Assembly (NCBI GenBank): GCA_041730685.1
Contig: JBGSBI010000003.1
Coordinates: 4,413-68,412 of the forward strand
Length of the DNA stretch: 64,000 nucleotides
Origin: Aliarcobacter sp.
Lineage (GTDB): Bacteria > Verrucomicrobiota > Verrucomicrobiia > Methylacidiphilales > Verrucolacustridaceae
Direction of reading: 5' to 3'
Shown here: one piece after another, positions 39,500-48,720 of the stretch
Layout of the letters: each line of letters begins with the position of its first letter
How positions within the stretch are numbered: the stretch's first letter is position 1
Program-made: the position numbers and the translations under genes
The notes under the pieces: model-generated
Seen by the model: only the letters and a program-made list of their open reading frames with translations
What the model was told of the DNA's origin: nothing
Databases searched by the model: none

Positions 39500-40624
39500 T
39501 TAGTAGGATGTGAGGCGCGCATCTGCCTGGGTTGGATCAAAGTCATGCTCGGCTCCCTTGCCCAAAAGCCGATCGGCTACTGGGCTCTCCACATGCAGAT
39601 TCATCTCTTCCCAGTCTGGATTTTTGGGGAAGGACGACTCTTTTGCGAAACGAAAATTTGCTGCGATCTCCTTGGCAACCTCTTTTTCCAGATTCGCCTG
39701 AACGGCTTCACTCCATACCCCAGCTGTTTGCAGCTTTTCCCGAAGAAGGTCGAGCGGACAGTTTTGCTTCCAAAACTCGATTTCATCCCGAGTTCGGTAG
39801 TTGTTCGCACCGTCATCCTCCGGCCCCACATGGCTGCACCATCGGTAGGTAAAAGCCTCAATAAAGGTCGGCCCCTGCCCTTTTCTCGCCCGATCCGCTG
39901 CCGCCCGAATCGTTTCGTGTGCTAAAACCACATCGTTTCCGAAAATCTGGACGGCGTTGAGTCCGAATGTCCCAACTTTTTCGCTGAGGTTCGTGCGGGC
40001 TAGGCGAGCATGAATATCGGAAAAGGTGCTATATCGGTTATTCTCACAAATCAGAACGAGGGGCAGCTTTTTCGCTGCTGCAAGATTGATTCCCTCCCAG
40101 AAGGCCCCCTCTTCCGTACATGCCTCCCCGAAGCCGCAAAAAACGATGTTCGGGGATTTTTGCAGTTGAAGCCCAAATGCGGTTCCAATTCCAATGCTGG
40201 TCGCCCCAGCCAGAATCGCCCCACTGAAGAATTTTGTGTCAGAGTGGGAAATGTCCTGGGATCCGGCCCGGCCACCGCTCGCGCCTGTCTCTTTCCCATA
40301 AATTTCTGCAAAAATCTCCCGAAGGGGGGACCCCTTGGCAAAATAGTATCCATGGGAACGGTGATGACTGAAAATGTAGTCGTTCGATTCTACCACGAGA
40401 GAAAGAGCAGCTGGTATGGACTCCTGTCCCACACAAAAGTGTACGGGGCACCGCATCTCGTTGGCTGGATGATACTCCCGAATCAAAGCCTCTTCCATGC
40501 GTCGCAAACGAAGCATTTGGCGGTAAAGTTGCAGTGCTTTTTCATTGCCGATTTCATTCAGCTTCAGCGCTGAGTAGCGACCTTGAGACAAGATTCCCTG
40601 ATGGGTTAAGCCGGAGTAGGTCAT
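39500..40624 (-). CDS. 2-oxoacid dehydrogenase E1 alpha-like subunit
   Basis: HFCVGQE, HRSHG, GRAGS, ENN, HVGP; start uncertain. Confidence 0.9.
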   Translation of the reverse strand: MTYSGLTHQGILSQGRYSALKLNEIGNEKALQLYRQMLRLRRMEEALIREYHPANEMRCPVHFCVGQESIPAALSLVVESNDYIFSHHRSHGYYFAKGSPLREIFAEIYGKETGASGGRAGSQDISHSDTKFFSGAILAGATSIGIGTAFGLQLQKSPNIVFCGFGEACTEEGAFWEGINLAAAKKLPLVLICENNRYSTFSDIHARLARTNLSEKVGTFGLNAVQIFGNDVVLAHETIRAAADRARKGQGPTFIEAFTYRWCSHVGPEDDGANNYRTRDEIEFWKQNCPLDLLREKLQTAGVWSEAVQANLEKEVAKEIAANFRFAKESSFPKNPDWEEMNLHVESPVADRLLGKGAEHDFDPTQADARLTSY

Positions 40625-40694
40625 CGATTTAATGATTAAACCCACTACAGTGGAGGTTGTCGAGTATGACTCCTGTACAGGTATCGGGATATTT

Positions 40695-41147
40695 TCAGGA
40701 AGTCCTCGCAATAGTTCTTTCCACCACAGGCCGCCTAGATTTCACTGCTTCCAGAGCGAATTGCCATATACATTTTTGGTAGGTTGACATGGGAAGTTCC
40801 GATGCCTCGGGCAATCCCACAAAGCGAAGCTCTTGTCCCTCCATGCATTTCACCTGCTGGACCCCATCGTAATCGGCTTGAAAAACATGCAAGGGGTAGG
40901 ATGGGGATTCCGGATAAAAAACATCGTCGATCGAAAGAAGCCATTTTAACTCCTGACAAACATACCCCGTCTCTTCCAAAAACTCCCTTTTAGCGCCCTC
41001 TTCTAACGACTCCCCGGGCTCTATGTGGCCACCCGGAAAAACCCACTGTCCTGAAGCCCGCAACCCGGGTTTTTCATCCCGATGCTGTAGCAGTGCCTCC
41101 CCTTGTTTGTTCAAAAGAACAACGCCGCAAATTATAGGCTCTGCCAT
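40695..41147 (-). CDS. NUDIX hydrolase
   Basis: Nudix box [23 protein letters not shown]. Confidence 0.92.
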   Translation of the reverse strand: MAEPIICGVVLLNKQGEALLQHRDEKPGLRASGQWVFPGGHIEPGESLEEGAKREFLEETGYVCQELKWLLSIDDVFYPESPSYPLHVFQADYDGVQQVKCMEGQELRFVGLPEASELPMSTYQKCIWQFALEAVKSRRPVVERTIARTS

Positions 41148-41150
41148 CGA

Positions 41151-42803
41151 TCAGCGAGGAGGCGGGATAGTCGTATTCAAAAGCGCGGCATGAATTTTGA
41201 ATTCAGGTGCCCCCCCCTTAGGATATTCTGAATATGTCTTAATACTCACAGCCCGAGCAACGGCTTCCTTCATAATAGGATATCTATCAGGCAGATCCTG
41301 AAAATCGGGAGACGAAAACCACACTAAGACACACTTATCAGGATAAGGCAGATCAGGGCTTGGCCCTCCATAACCCACTACCGCGTGACGAAACGAAAGG
41401 TTCGGAAAATACTTCTTGAGGACAGTCTCCCGCCCCCGACCAATTTGCCAAGTTGGAAAGTCGGAAGAAGCTTTTAGCAAAAGCTCAAAAACCCCTTCGT
41501 GGTGGTACTCATTCCCCGGGAAAACCACAATGCACGGAAGATCGCCTGCTATACTGCGGATCGCATTAAAGTTCTGGATGGCTAGCTTCTCATTTAGGCC
41601 AGATTGCATTAAAGAATTCGCGCAGAGACCATGTTTATCTATTTTAAGATAGCTTATAAAAAGCCCGCATAAACAAACAAATACCATGGCAACATATCCA
41701 GCTTTTTCTTGACGCAAGCAGATTGACGTTAGACCTAATGCAAGTGAGAGCCAAACCATGCTTGCGTCGAACAAGGAGCTTACCGCTGGGTACTTTAGAA
41801 CGAAAAACAGATAACTCGAACCAATGATGAAACCAAGAATTAGATATGGCCTAATGTGCCTTAAAATAGATTTTGGCGATAACACGCTGGATAGCATTAG
41901 AGTCAATACACAAATCATGATCAAAGCGGTTTGCGCAAAGAATTCCTGATATAGATATTTGCCGACAAAACTAAAAACCCCCAGGAAATCTATAGTGCCT
42001 AAAGGAGTTCCGGGATTTCTTGTAAAATTAAACCACAATTTAATCGCTTTAGAGCATAATGTCGCTTTGCCCTTGAAAACTAGAAGGTGGGCGAGTAAAA
42101 AAGCAAGGGCACTTAAAGAGCTATAAATGAATACTCTTTTTAAAACCTTGTAAAAGCTAATGGCCCCATTAAAAATCGACGGCGAAGCGCAGAAAAGACA
42201 AAAGGGGAGAAGAGTAATGCGATTTGCGATTGATAATCCACATATAATCCCAAGAACCATTAAGGAAATTTTATTCGGCGACTTCCTAAAGTTGAAAAGG
42301 AAAAGAAAGAGGTGAACTGCGTAAAGCAGCATATTGCAAAGATAGTACTCTGCCTGCAGATAATAATCGAAACCGACATAACGTGAGCCAAGGACACTGG
42401 CGAATATTAGAACGGCTACGGCAATGCGATCCGTATTCGTTAGAACTTTGGACAGGCAGGCGAAAATGGCCAAACCTATCATTAGTGAATTAAACAAAGC
42501 AAGAGAGCTGAAAGCGAAAAGGTTTAGTTGCTGAAAGATATTGAGTTCAAATATTCGTGCAAATAATTGTGTAGACCAATAGAGTGGAGCCTGCAAAAGG
42601 GTGGTTAAGTATCCTACGCCAAGAAAAACCCCCTCTCCCTGCGATAGCCTTTCGTGAAAGAAATATCGATAGGCGAGATTTTCATTAGCAAGCTTGACGA
42701 AACCACATTTGAAGTAGACCGCTAAAAGAAAGGGCGTCGAAAAGATTGCCGCGGACAAAAGCACAAAGAACCTTGAGCTCAGGTCTTGAATTGAATATTT
42801 CAT
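41151..42803 (-). CDS. Polytopic membrane protein (GT-C-like)
   Basis: 550 aa, ~11-12 hydrophobic segments plus a soluble C-terminus. Confidence 0.6.
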   Translation of the reverse strand: MKYSIQDLSSRFFVLLSAAIFSTPFLLAVYFKCGFVKLANENLAYRYFFHERLSQGEGVFLGVGYLTTLLQAPLYWSTQLFARIFELNIFQQLNLFAFSSLALFNSLMIGLAIFACLSKVLTNTDRIAVAVLIFASVLGSRYVGFDYYLQAEYYLCNMLLYAVHLFLFLFNFRKSPNKISLMVLGIICGLSIANRITLLPFCLFCASPSIFNGAISFYKVLKRVFIYSSLSALAFLLAHLLVFKGKATLCSKAIKLWFNFTRNPGTPLGTIDFLGVFSFVGKYLYQEFFAQTALIMICVLTLMLSSVLSPKSILRHIRPYLILGFIIGSSYLFFVLKYPAVSSLFDASMVWLSLALGLTSICLRQEKAGYVAMVFVCLCGLFISYLKIDKHGLCANSLMQSGLNEKLAIQNFNAIRSIAGDLPCIVVFPGNEYHHEGVFELLLKASSDFPTWQIGRGRETVLKKYFPNLSFRHAVVGYGGPSPDLPYPDKCVLVWFSSPDFQDLPDRYPIMKEAVARAVSIKTYSEYPKGGAPEFKIHAALLNTTIPPPR

Positions 42804-42805
42804 TT

Positions 42806-43357
42806 TTATCTTCCCAAGACCTTTTTCATGCCCGCGAAAACGCTCCCAAGAGCGACAAGGTAATTTTGCGCCAAAAAGAAATGCTGGTTTTTAGTTTTTA
42901 TTTGGCCGCTTCTAATCAGTCGAGCGAGTCGTCTCTCAATTACTTTTTCTGGTGGGTACTTTTCCAGCAAGTAATGTTTACCCACTATTCGTAATGGGTT
43001 CTGATAGATGACTTTTAATATATTGATATGCAGGGATGCTAGCTGGGCAGCACAAATATTGTAAAAAATAAAACTGATATTCACGTAAATTAAAAATGCG
43101 GAAAATAAAAGGCCCAAGTTATTCGCGGTCATATGGGAGTATCCAAAGGCACTCATTCCCGCGAGCCAGAAAACCAACCCTCCAAAAACGAAACTTGTTA
43201 CATGATGGGTTAATTTTAGATTGCTCGTGTTTGCGCGAATGAGAAAATATGTGCAAGTTGCGTTACACGCGACTGCCCATCCAAGGGCCCACAATATCGT
43301 CACTCCTCCAAAGCCTCGCTTTTTGTCTTTAAGATCTTTTCCATTTTTCCTAGCCAC
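42806..43357 (-). CDS. Small membrane protein with wHTH-like C-terminus
   Basis: 3 TM then IERRLARLIRSGQI. Confidence 0.55.
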   Translation of the reverse strand: MARKNGKDLKDKKRGFGGVTILWALGWAVACNATCTYFLIRANTSNLKLTHHVTSFVFGGLVFWLAGMSAFGYSHMTANNLGLLFSAFLIYVNISFIFYNICAAQLASLHINILKVIYQNPLRIVGKHYLLEKYPPEKVIERRLARLIRSGQIKTKNQHFFLAQNYLVALGSVFAGMKKVLGR

Positions 43358-43797
43358 CCCATTAACACATAACCTTTTTTTGTTTTTTCAATTTCTCCTC
43401 CATCAATCTTGATTAATCCTGATTTTTCCAACGAGATTAACCTCGAATCAAATATTGTATCGCCACCCAAAGACTCCTTTAAGATGCACAAGGAACAACC
43501 TGAGTCCCCACTTTTTTTCAGCGCTCTGATGATGGCTAACGACGGACTTGTTTCTTCTAGGCCAGTAAAGACAATCATATAACACCCCGCTGAAGTGACA
43601 AACAGAAGGCTGGTAAGAACGATTTCTGAAAATACAAAATTCAAAACAAAACTGGCGCACAAAAGCATTGCTTGCACAGAAAGCATGAGGGTTCCCAACA
43701 CAAGATTGCTTTTTGCCGAGCAAAAGATTTCCCAATATATTTTTTGTACTGCTAGAAAAAAAATGAAGGCGCCTATTCCCAAGCTTAACACCATCAT
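43300..43797 (-). CDS. Small membrane protein with wHTH-like C-terminus
   Basis: 3 TM then SRLISLEKSGLIKIDGGEIEKTKKG. Confidence 0.55.
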   Translation of the reverse strand: MMVLSLGIGAFIFFLAVQKIYWEIFCSAKSNLVLGTLMLSVQAMLLCASFVLNFVFSEIVLTSLLFVTSAGCYMIVFTGLEETSPSLAIIRALKKSGDSGCSLCILKESLGGDTIFDSRLISLEKSGLIKIDGGEIEKTKKGYVLMGWLGKMEKILKTKSEALEE

Positions 43798-44663
43798 ATA
43801 CGGCTCTGCCCCCAGACAGGCCCCTCGCGGGAAGTTATAAATAACGACCCGTCTCGGTGCGACAGCGGCATATCGTTCATTTTTTCAACCTGTTGCCAGC
43901 CCGTTTTTTGTGAGAACATTTTGATTCCTTTTTTTTGCAGATCCGAAAAAATGGCCTCGGCATTGGCGGCTGTTCCCACTTCAACAAGAATATCAGGTCG
44001 CACTGTTTGGTGCGGATCTAGGGACGAAAGCAGATCCCGCTCATGCCCCTCAGCATCAATCTTGAGCAATTCAGCCGTCTCGTAAAGCGGGCGTATCGCA
44101 ACGGTTTCAACCTCAAACTCTTGGCGCTCTCCGTAAGAACTTTTTGTTCCTGCTAAATGGCTCCCCGTTGTATTGTTTAAAACCCTGACAAACCCTGCTC
44201 GACCCTTGGTTGTTGATACTGCGGCTTGAAACGCTTGAATTGAGTTAGCTTGGTTTTCTGAAATATTAGCCTCCAGAATACTAAAGTGTACGGGGTCCGG
44301 CTCGAAAGACCGGACACAAAAACCGCATCGGGACATCAAAAGAGAATGGAGGCCAAGATTTGCACCAATATCAACTGCATTTTTGTACCTATTCTTATTC
44401 TGAAAATAAAATCCAAAGAGAATACACTCATCCAGTCCGAATAAATCAAGAGAGTTGATTCGTCCCATTGCTGTAAAAGGGAAGGAAATCGAACCGAATT
44501 TCCAAAACCTTCTGCTCTGCCGATCGGGAGATCCAAATAAAATCCGAACACATTGCTGAAGTTCCGACTTAAGTGTGGAATATTGCTCGGTACCTGGCCG
44601 ATGGACCTCCGGACTGCTTAACAAGACCTCAAAAATCTGGTCGATGCTCTTTTCAGGATTCAT
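43794..44663 (-). CDS. FkbM family methyltransferase
   Basis: VDIGANLG, FEPDP, LKIDAEGHE. Confidence 0.9.
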   Translation of the reverse strand: MNPEKSIDQIFEVLLSSPEVHRPGTEQYSTLKSELQQCVRILFGSPDRQSRRFWKFGSISFPFTAMGRINSLDLFGLDECILFGFYFQNKNRYKNAVDIGANLGLHSLLMSRCGFCVRSFEPDPVHFSILEANISENQANSIQAFQAAVSTTKGRAGFVRVLNNTTGSHLAGTKSSYGERQEFEVETVAIRPLYETAELLKIDAEGHERDLLSSLDPHQTVRPDILVEVGTAANAEAIFSDLQKKGIKMFSQKTGWQQVEKMNDMPLSHRDGSLFITSREGPVWGQSRI

Positions 44664-45634
44664 TTTCTTACGATAGGGGGGTCTTTAAACAAGGCCATTG
44701 CTTTCTCTATCCCTTTTTCAAGCGGGGTGAATTTAAATTTAGGGAAAGCACTCCGGATGGCCCGATTTGAATAGGTTCGATGCACTACTGGGCTGATCGG
44801 TCTTCCCAGATTATAGATAAAGCGAAATAACTGCGTTATTTTATAGGGCCGATGAATCGTTTTGATTTTCCTTGGTTCGAAAGCAATACGGATAGGCCAA
44901 GGACAGTTTTTTATGACGCATTTTGCGACTTCCAAATAGGAAAATGACCTGTCGGTAACGACATTTAAAACACCTTCTTTTTTCTCTTTTATAACTTCAA
45001 CAAGAATCTCTGCGAGATCCTCAATGAACAAAAAACTTCTCCGTTCTTCGCCCCTACCGTACAGTTTGATTTCCTGATTTTCTAGGGCAGTCCGTATAAA
45101 AGAGTTTGGCCCGTAATTATTATGCGCATGACCAGAACCATAAACATAGCTTGGACGGAGGCGGATTAGAGGAATCTTCTGTTGTGAGCATATTTCATCA
45201 AGCATCATTTCCCGCGCGGTGTGCATCAATGCGTACAAACTTACGGGTTCACGGCTGGAGTCTTCATCCATAGGTATCCTGTCAGCATCATAAACGGCCT
45301 CCGAACTCATATAAACGAAATGATTCACCCGTTTTTCGCTCAAAGCTCGGGCAATGTTCTCAGCCATGGTTAGATTACCCATCAGGCTTGAAATTGTTTG
45401 GCCACCTGCCGGAAGATTGGCAGAGAGAAATACTAGTGTATCATTTGGCTTAATAAATTCAGAAAGTTTTTCGCCGCACTGCGAATTAGCTAAATCTAAT
45501 TCTTTTTTTGAGATTACTTTGAAGATTAACCCATATTTTATCAGCTTTTCCTGGAGGGCTTTCGAAATGAAGCCACTACCCCCAAATATTACAATTCGGC
45601 CAAGGTTATTAGTCTGATTCCCTATTTCGCTCAT
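44660..45634 (-). CDS. NAD-dependent epimerase/reductase (atypical SDR)
   Basis: GGSGFI, SSEAVY, YALMH in place of YxxxK. Confidence 0.8.
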   Translation of the reverse strand: MSEIGNQTNNLGRIVIFGGSGFISKALQEKLIKYGLIFKVISKKELDLANSQCGEKLSEFIKPNDTLVFLSANLPAGGQTISSLMGNLTMAENIARALSEKRVNHFVYMSSEAVYDADRIPMDEDSSREPVSLYALMHTAREMMLDEICSQQKIPLIRLRPSYVYGSGHAHNNYGPNSFIRTALENQEIKLYGRGEERRSFLFIEDLAEILVEVIKEKKEGVLNVVTDRSFSYLEVAKCVIKNCPWPIRIAFEPRKIKTIHRPYKITQLFRFIYNLGRPISPVVHRTYSNRAIRSAFPKFKFTPLEKGIEKAMALFKDPPIVRK

Positions 45635-45643
45635 AAAGACGAA

Positions 45644-46504
45644 TCAATCTATCAAAGCAGGAGACCCCTCCACCAGCGAAGTACATTTAAAATCAGGAAA
45701 AGCCGCAAAAAGATTTTTAGGGTCGAACGGTCTTAATCCGCCATGAGGCATCAGCCCAGTTCGTGGGCGTGTTTGCACCGAGATTTCGTATTTTGTGGCG
45801 ATCATGTCCGCAATTTCTCGGAAGCTCACTGCTTGGCCGGAAACCGCGTTGATGACCCCAGTGCTACCATGGACCACCAAGCGGGCGATAATTTCCCCAA
45901 CATCACCGACATGGACATGGTCCCGCCGCTCCTCACCCTCCCCGAAAAGAACAATCGGTTTTTTTTCGCGAGCCAGACGAAGGAACTGGTTCGGGCCGTA
46001 TCCGTTATGCGGATCGCCTTCCCCGTAAACCAGGGTGGGACGGACAACAGCCAAGGGAATGTCGCCAAGAGTTTGGAGCATCAGCTCCCGCGCCAGATGC
46101 ATTACTCCGTGCAGAGAGCTCGGGGCAGTGGGAGTGGCCTCCGAAAGGGGGCGTGGTTCGTCGGCGTAGACGGCATCGGAGCTCACATAAACCAAGTGAG
46201 CCGGTACAGTTTTTGCGCAGGCCTTCAGAACAGCCTGAGCCATCCGCAGGTTCGCCACCAGCATGTCTGGGTTCTTCACCGGTGCCTTTGCAGATACAAA
46301 AACCAGTGTGTCGCCAGCTTCGAAATGGGCAGATAACTTTTCTCCGGCGTTTTCAGTCGTCAGATCTAGATCGGCGCTCCGCAAAGCAGAAACTTTCCAC
46401 CCTTTGAAAGCGAGCCGACGGGCGACCTCGCCGCCGACGAAACCAGCTCCCAAAATTAACGCCCGCCCAGTCGGCAAAGGCTTGCCAAAGTGGTGCTTTA
46501 GCAT
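45644..46504 (-). CDS. NAD-dependent epimerase/reductase (atypical SDR)
   Basis: GAGFVG, SSDAVY, HGVMH in place of YxxxK; paralogue of 44660..45634. Confidence 0.8.
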   Translation of the reverse strand: MLKHHFGKPLPTGRALILGAGFVGGEVARRLAFKGWKVSALRSADLDLTTENAGEKLSAHFEAGDTLVFVSAKAPVKNPDMLVANLRMAQAVLKACAKTVPAHLVYVSSDAVYADEPRPLSEATPTAPSSLHGVMHLARELMLQTLGDIPLAVVRPTLVYGEGDPHNGYGPNQFLRLAREKKPIVLFGEGEERRDHVHVGDVGEIIARLVVHGSTGVINAVSGQAVSFREIADMIATKYEISVQTRPRTGLMPHGGLRPFDPKNLFAAFPDFKCTSLVEGSPALID

Positions 46505-47790
46505 GATGGGGTGCCCTCCCCTAGAGTGTAGCAATCGGCACGACTCTTTCTCCACTCGGATGGCTTGAGCACCTGATACGGATCAATCACGATTCGCCTC
46601 CTCATGACGGATAGAGTTTTTGCAGGATCCATTCCACGAAACTGCTTCCACGGGGCAAGAATCACAAGCACATCCGCTCCCCGACAAGCGTCAAGGGCGC
46701 TCCAAACCTGCTTCACTCCCTTGATTCGTCTGGGAAGGATGGCAACTGGGTCATAGGTTTTTTTCTGTTTTGCTGGGGTTGATGTCAGAAAATGAACCGC
46801 GGGAGAGTTTTTAGTCGAAGAGGTATCTTCTTTGTAGGCTACGCCCCAAACCGCCACCTTAGCGGATGAAGAAGAGATCTTGTTTCTTCTCAAAGCTGTG
46901 CGGTATGTGCGGGCCGCCCAATCCCGGTGATGCTTGGAGGCTTGGATCCACCCATTCACAAGAGAGAGGTTGGCCTCCTTTCCTTTCACTATTGATCGCA
47001 GTGTCTGCAGGTCCCTTGGCAAATTGCCCCCTCCTACCCCTAAGCCTGGAGAGAGATAAGCCTTGGGACCAATTCGCGCATCGAGACGAAGCGCCGGTGC
47101 AATCTGAAGCCAATCGGCCCCCACCATTGCTGAAGCTTCCGCAAGTGTATTGGTCGTGCAAACGCTTGAAACCAGGAAAAAATTGATGGCAATTTTACTT
47201 AGCTCGGCACTTTCCAGCCCCATGACCAGAACTGGACAACCAAAAGCCCGCTGCCACTTCTGGAATTCAGGGGGCAATGCTTTTTTGGGGTCTCGGGCTC
47301 CCACAATGAATCGCTCTGGGTGCATAGCCCTCTCGACCGCACGCCCGAAAACCAGTGTTTCAACTTGATAGAAAGCTTCCAACCCACATTTTTCAGCGAA
47401 GGGTATAAATTTTCTTCGACTGAATCCGGGATCCACTTGGCTGATCAATACCACGGTTGTTCCCGGGCGTATCGACTTCAAGGTTGTTCGGATCAATGCC
47501 TCCAAGGGACGAGTATCACTCCGGTCTTTTTGATCCGTGGACACATCAAGAGAAAAGAAAATTAGGTCACATTTTTCTAGAAGCGCGGGCCGAGAACCCC
47601 ATTCCACCCGCCCCCGAAATTTCTGCCAAAGTTCATGCAGGCCAGGTTCGTTGACGGGAAATTTTCCCTTCTTTAAATCTGCCACAAGTTTTCCGTTGGA
47701 GTCGAATCCACAAACCTTCATTCCCCGGGCTGCCGTAGCCATCCCGTACAGAATCCCCAAATGCGTCAAACCGGAGAAACCGACTCTCAT
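46498..47790 (-). CDS. UDP-glucose/GDP-mannose dehydrogenase family protein lacking the catalytic Cys (LmbL-like)
   Basis: EPGL, SAELSKIAIN, LDARIG, GGGNLPRD where GGxC is expected, GVAYK. Confidence 0.8.
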   Translation of the reverse strand: MRVGFSGLTHLGILYGMATAARGMKVCGFDSNGKLVADLKKGKFPVNEPGLHELWQKFRGRVEWGSRPALLEKCDLIFFSLDVSTDQKDRSDTRPLEALIRTTLKSIRPGTTVVLISQVDPGFSRRKFIPFAEKCGLEAFYQVETLVFGRAVERAMHPERFIVGARDPKKALPPEFQKWQRAFGCPVLVMGLESAELSKIAINFFLVSSVCTTNTLAEASAMVGADWLQIAPALRLDARIGPKAYLSPGLGVGGGNLPRDLQTLRSIVKGKEANLSLVNGWIQASKHHRDWAARTYRTALRRNKISSSSAKVAVWGVAYKEDTSSTKNSPAVHFLTSTPAKQKKTYDPVAILPRRIKGVKQVWSALDACRGADVLVILAPWKQFRGMDPAKTLSVMRRRIVIDPYQVLKPSEWRKSRADCYTLGEGTPSC

Positions 47791-48701
47791 GAAACGACCT
47801 GCCTTCTTAGTTCCTCAAACATCGCCTGAATCCAAATGTCGTTTTTCAAATTATGACTTGGTTTTAAACATAGCGACTTGAAATGGCTATACTCTGCCTC
47901 CCACGTTGGATCGGCCTTTTCAAGTGTGTCAACTCGCTCCTTGGGCCTGCCACTCGGCAGAGCTCTGTTTCTCACCGTCAGTGTGCTTGGGCCCCACTTG
48001 CAGAGACAGTCAACGTGGAGGGATCCCTTTTCTCCCCACAGATCCAGTCGAAAGCTATTTCTCCAAGAGAGAAGGCTGACCTCATACTGCATCAGAATCT
48101 CTCCTTGGATCGCAAATTTAGCATAATCTGGGGCTTTGTTTTCAAAGCGCTGGACTGCCCATAAACTGGGAAGTGCCTTGGGCTCTCCAAATAGGAATAG
48201 AGTCCAGTCCAGAAGATGGGACCCGAGGTCAGTAATTACGCCTAAGTCTCGATCCCGCCAAGGGGAGTTTCGCACATCTCGAACCGTGCCGTTCCCATAA
48301 AAGAAATTTGCTTGATAAATCTTCCCTAATTCACCTGACAACAGAATCTGACTCGTTGTAACCAAGTGTGGCTCAAACCGGTGGTTGTACGCTGTATAGC
48401 ATACGACATGTTTTTCTTCCGCTAGCGTAGATAATTCTTTTAATTCTGTCCGTGATTTTCCCAAAAGCGGTTTTTCAACAAGCACATGCTTTCTATTCTT
48501 AAGGAGATACTGAAGTAATCGAGGTTTTGGATCGTCTGGTATACAACAAAGTGCCGCATCAAAACTTTCTAAGGGCACATCCTCAATGCGCTGATAAGTA
48601 GCTTCCGAAATCTTTGGATCAACTGTGGCCACTACCTCGTTGCCAGCGATCCGTTGCCTTTTTTTTCCCTGAATTCCTAAGCCGACCACAATACAATTCA
48701 T
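47787..48701 (-). CDS. Gfo/Idh/MocA oxidoreductase (LmbZ-like)
   Basis: GLGIQG, HVLVEKP, YNHRF, DLGSHLLD. Confidence 0.88.
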   Translation of the reverse strand: MNCIVVGLGIQGKKRQRIAGNEVVATVDPKISEATYQRIEDVPLESFDAALCCIPDDPKPRLLQYLLKNRKHVLVEKPLLGKSRTELKELSTLAEEKHVVCYTAYNHRFEPHLVTTSQILLSGELGKIYQANFFYGNGTVRDVRNSPWRDRDLGVITDLGSHLLDWTLFLFGEPKALPSLWAVQRFENKAPDYAKFAIQGEILMQYEVSLLSWRNSFRLDLWGEKGSLHVDCLCKWGPSTLTVRNRALPSGRPKERVDTLEKADPTWEAEYSHFKSLCLKPSHNLKNDIWIQAMFEELRRQVVS

Positions 48702-48720
48702 GCGATAGTTGGTTCGTCCT

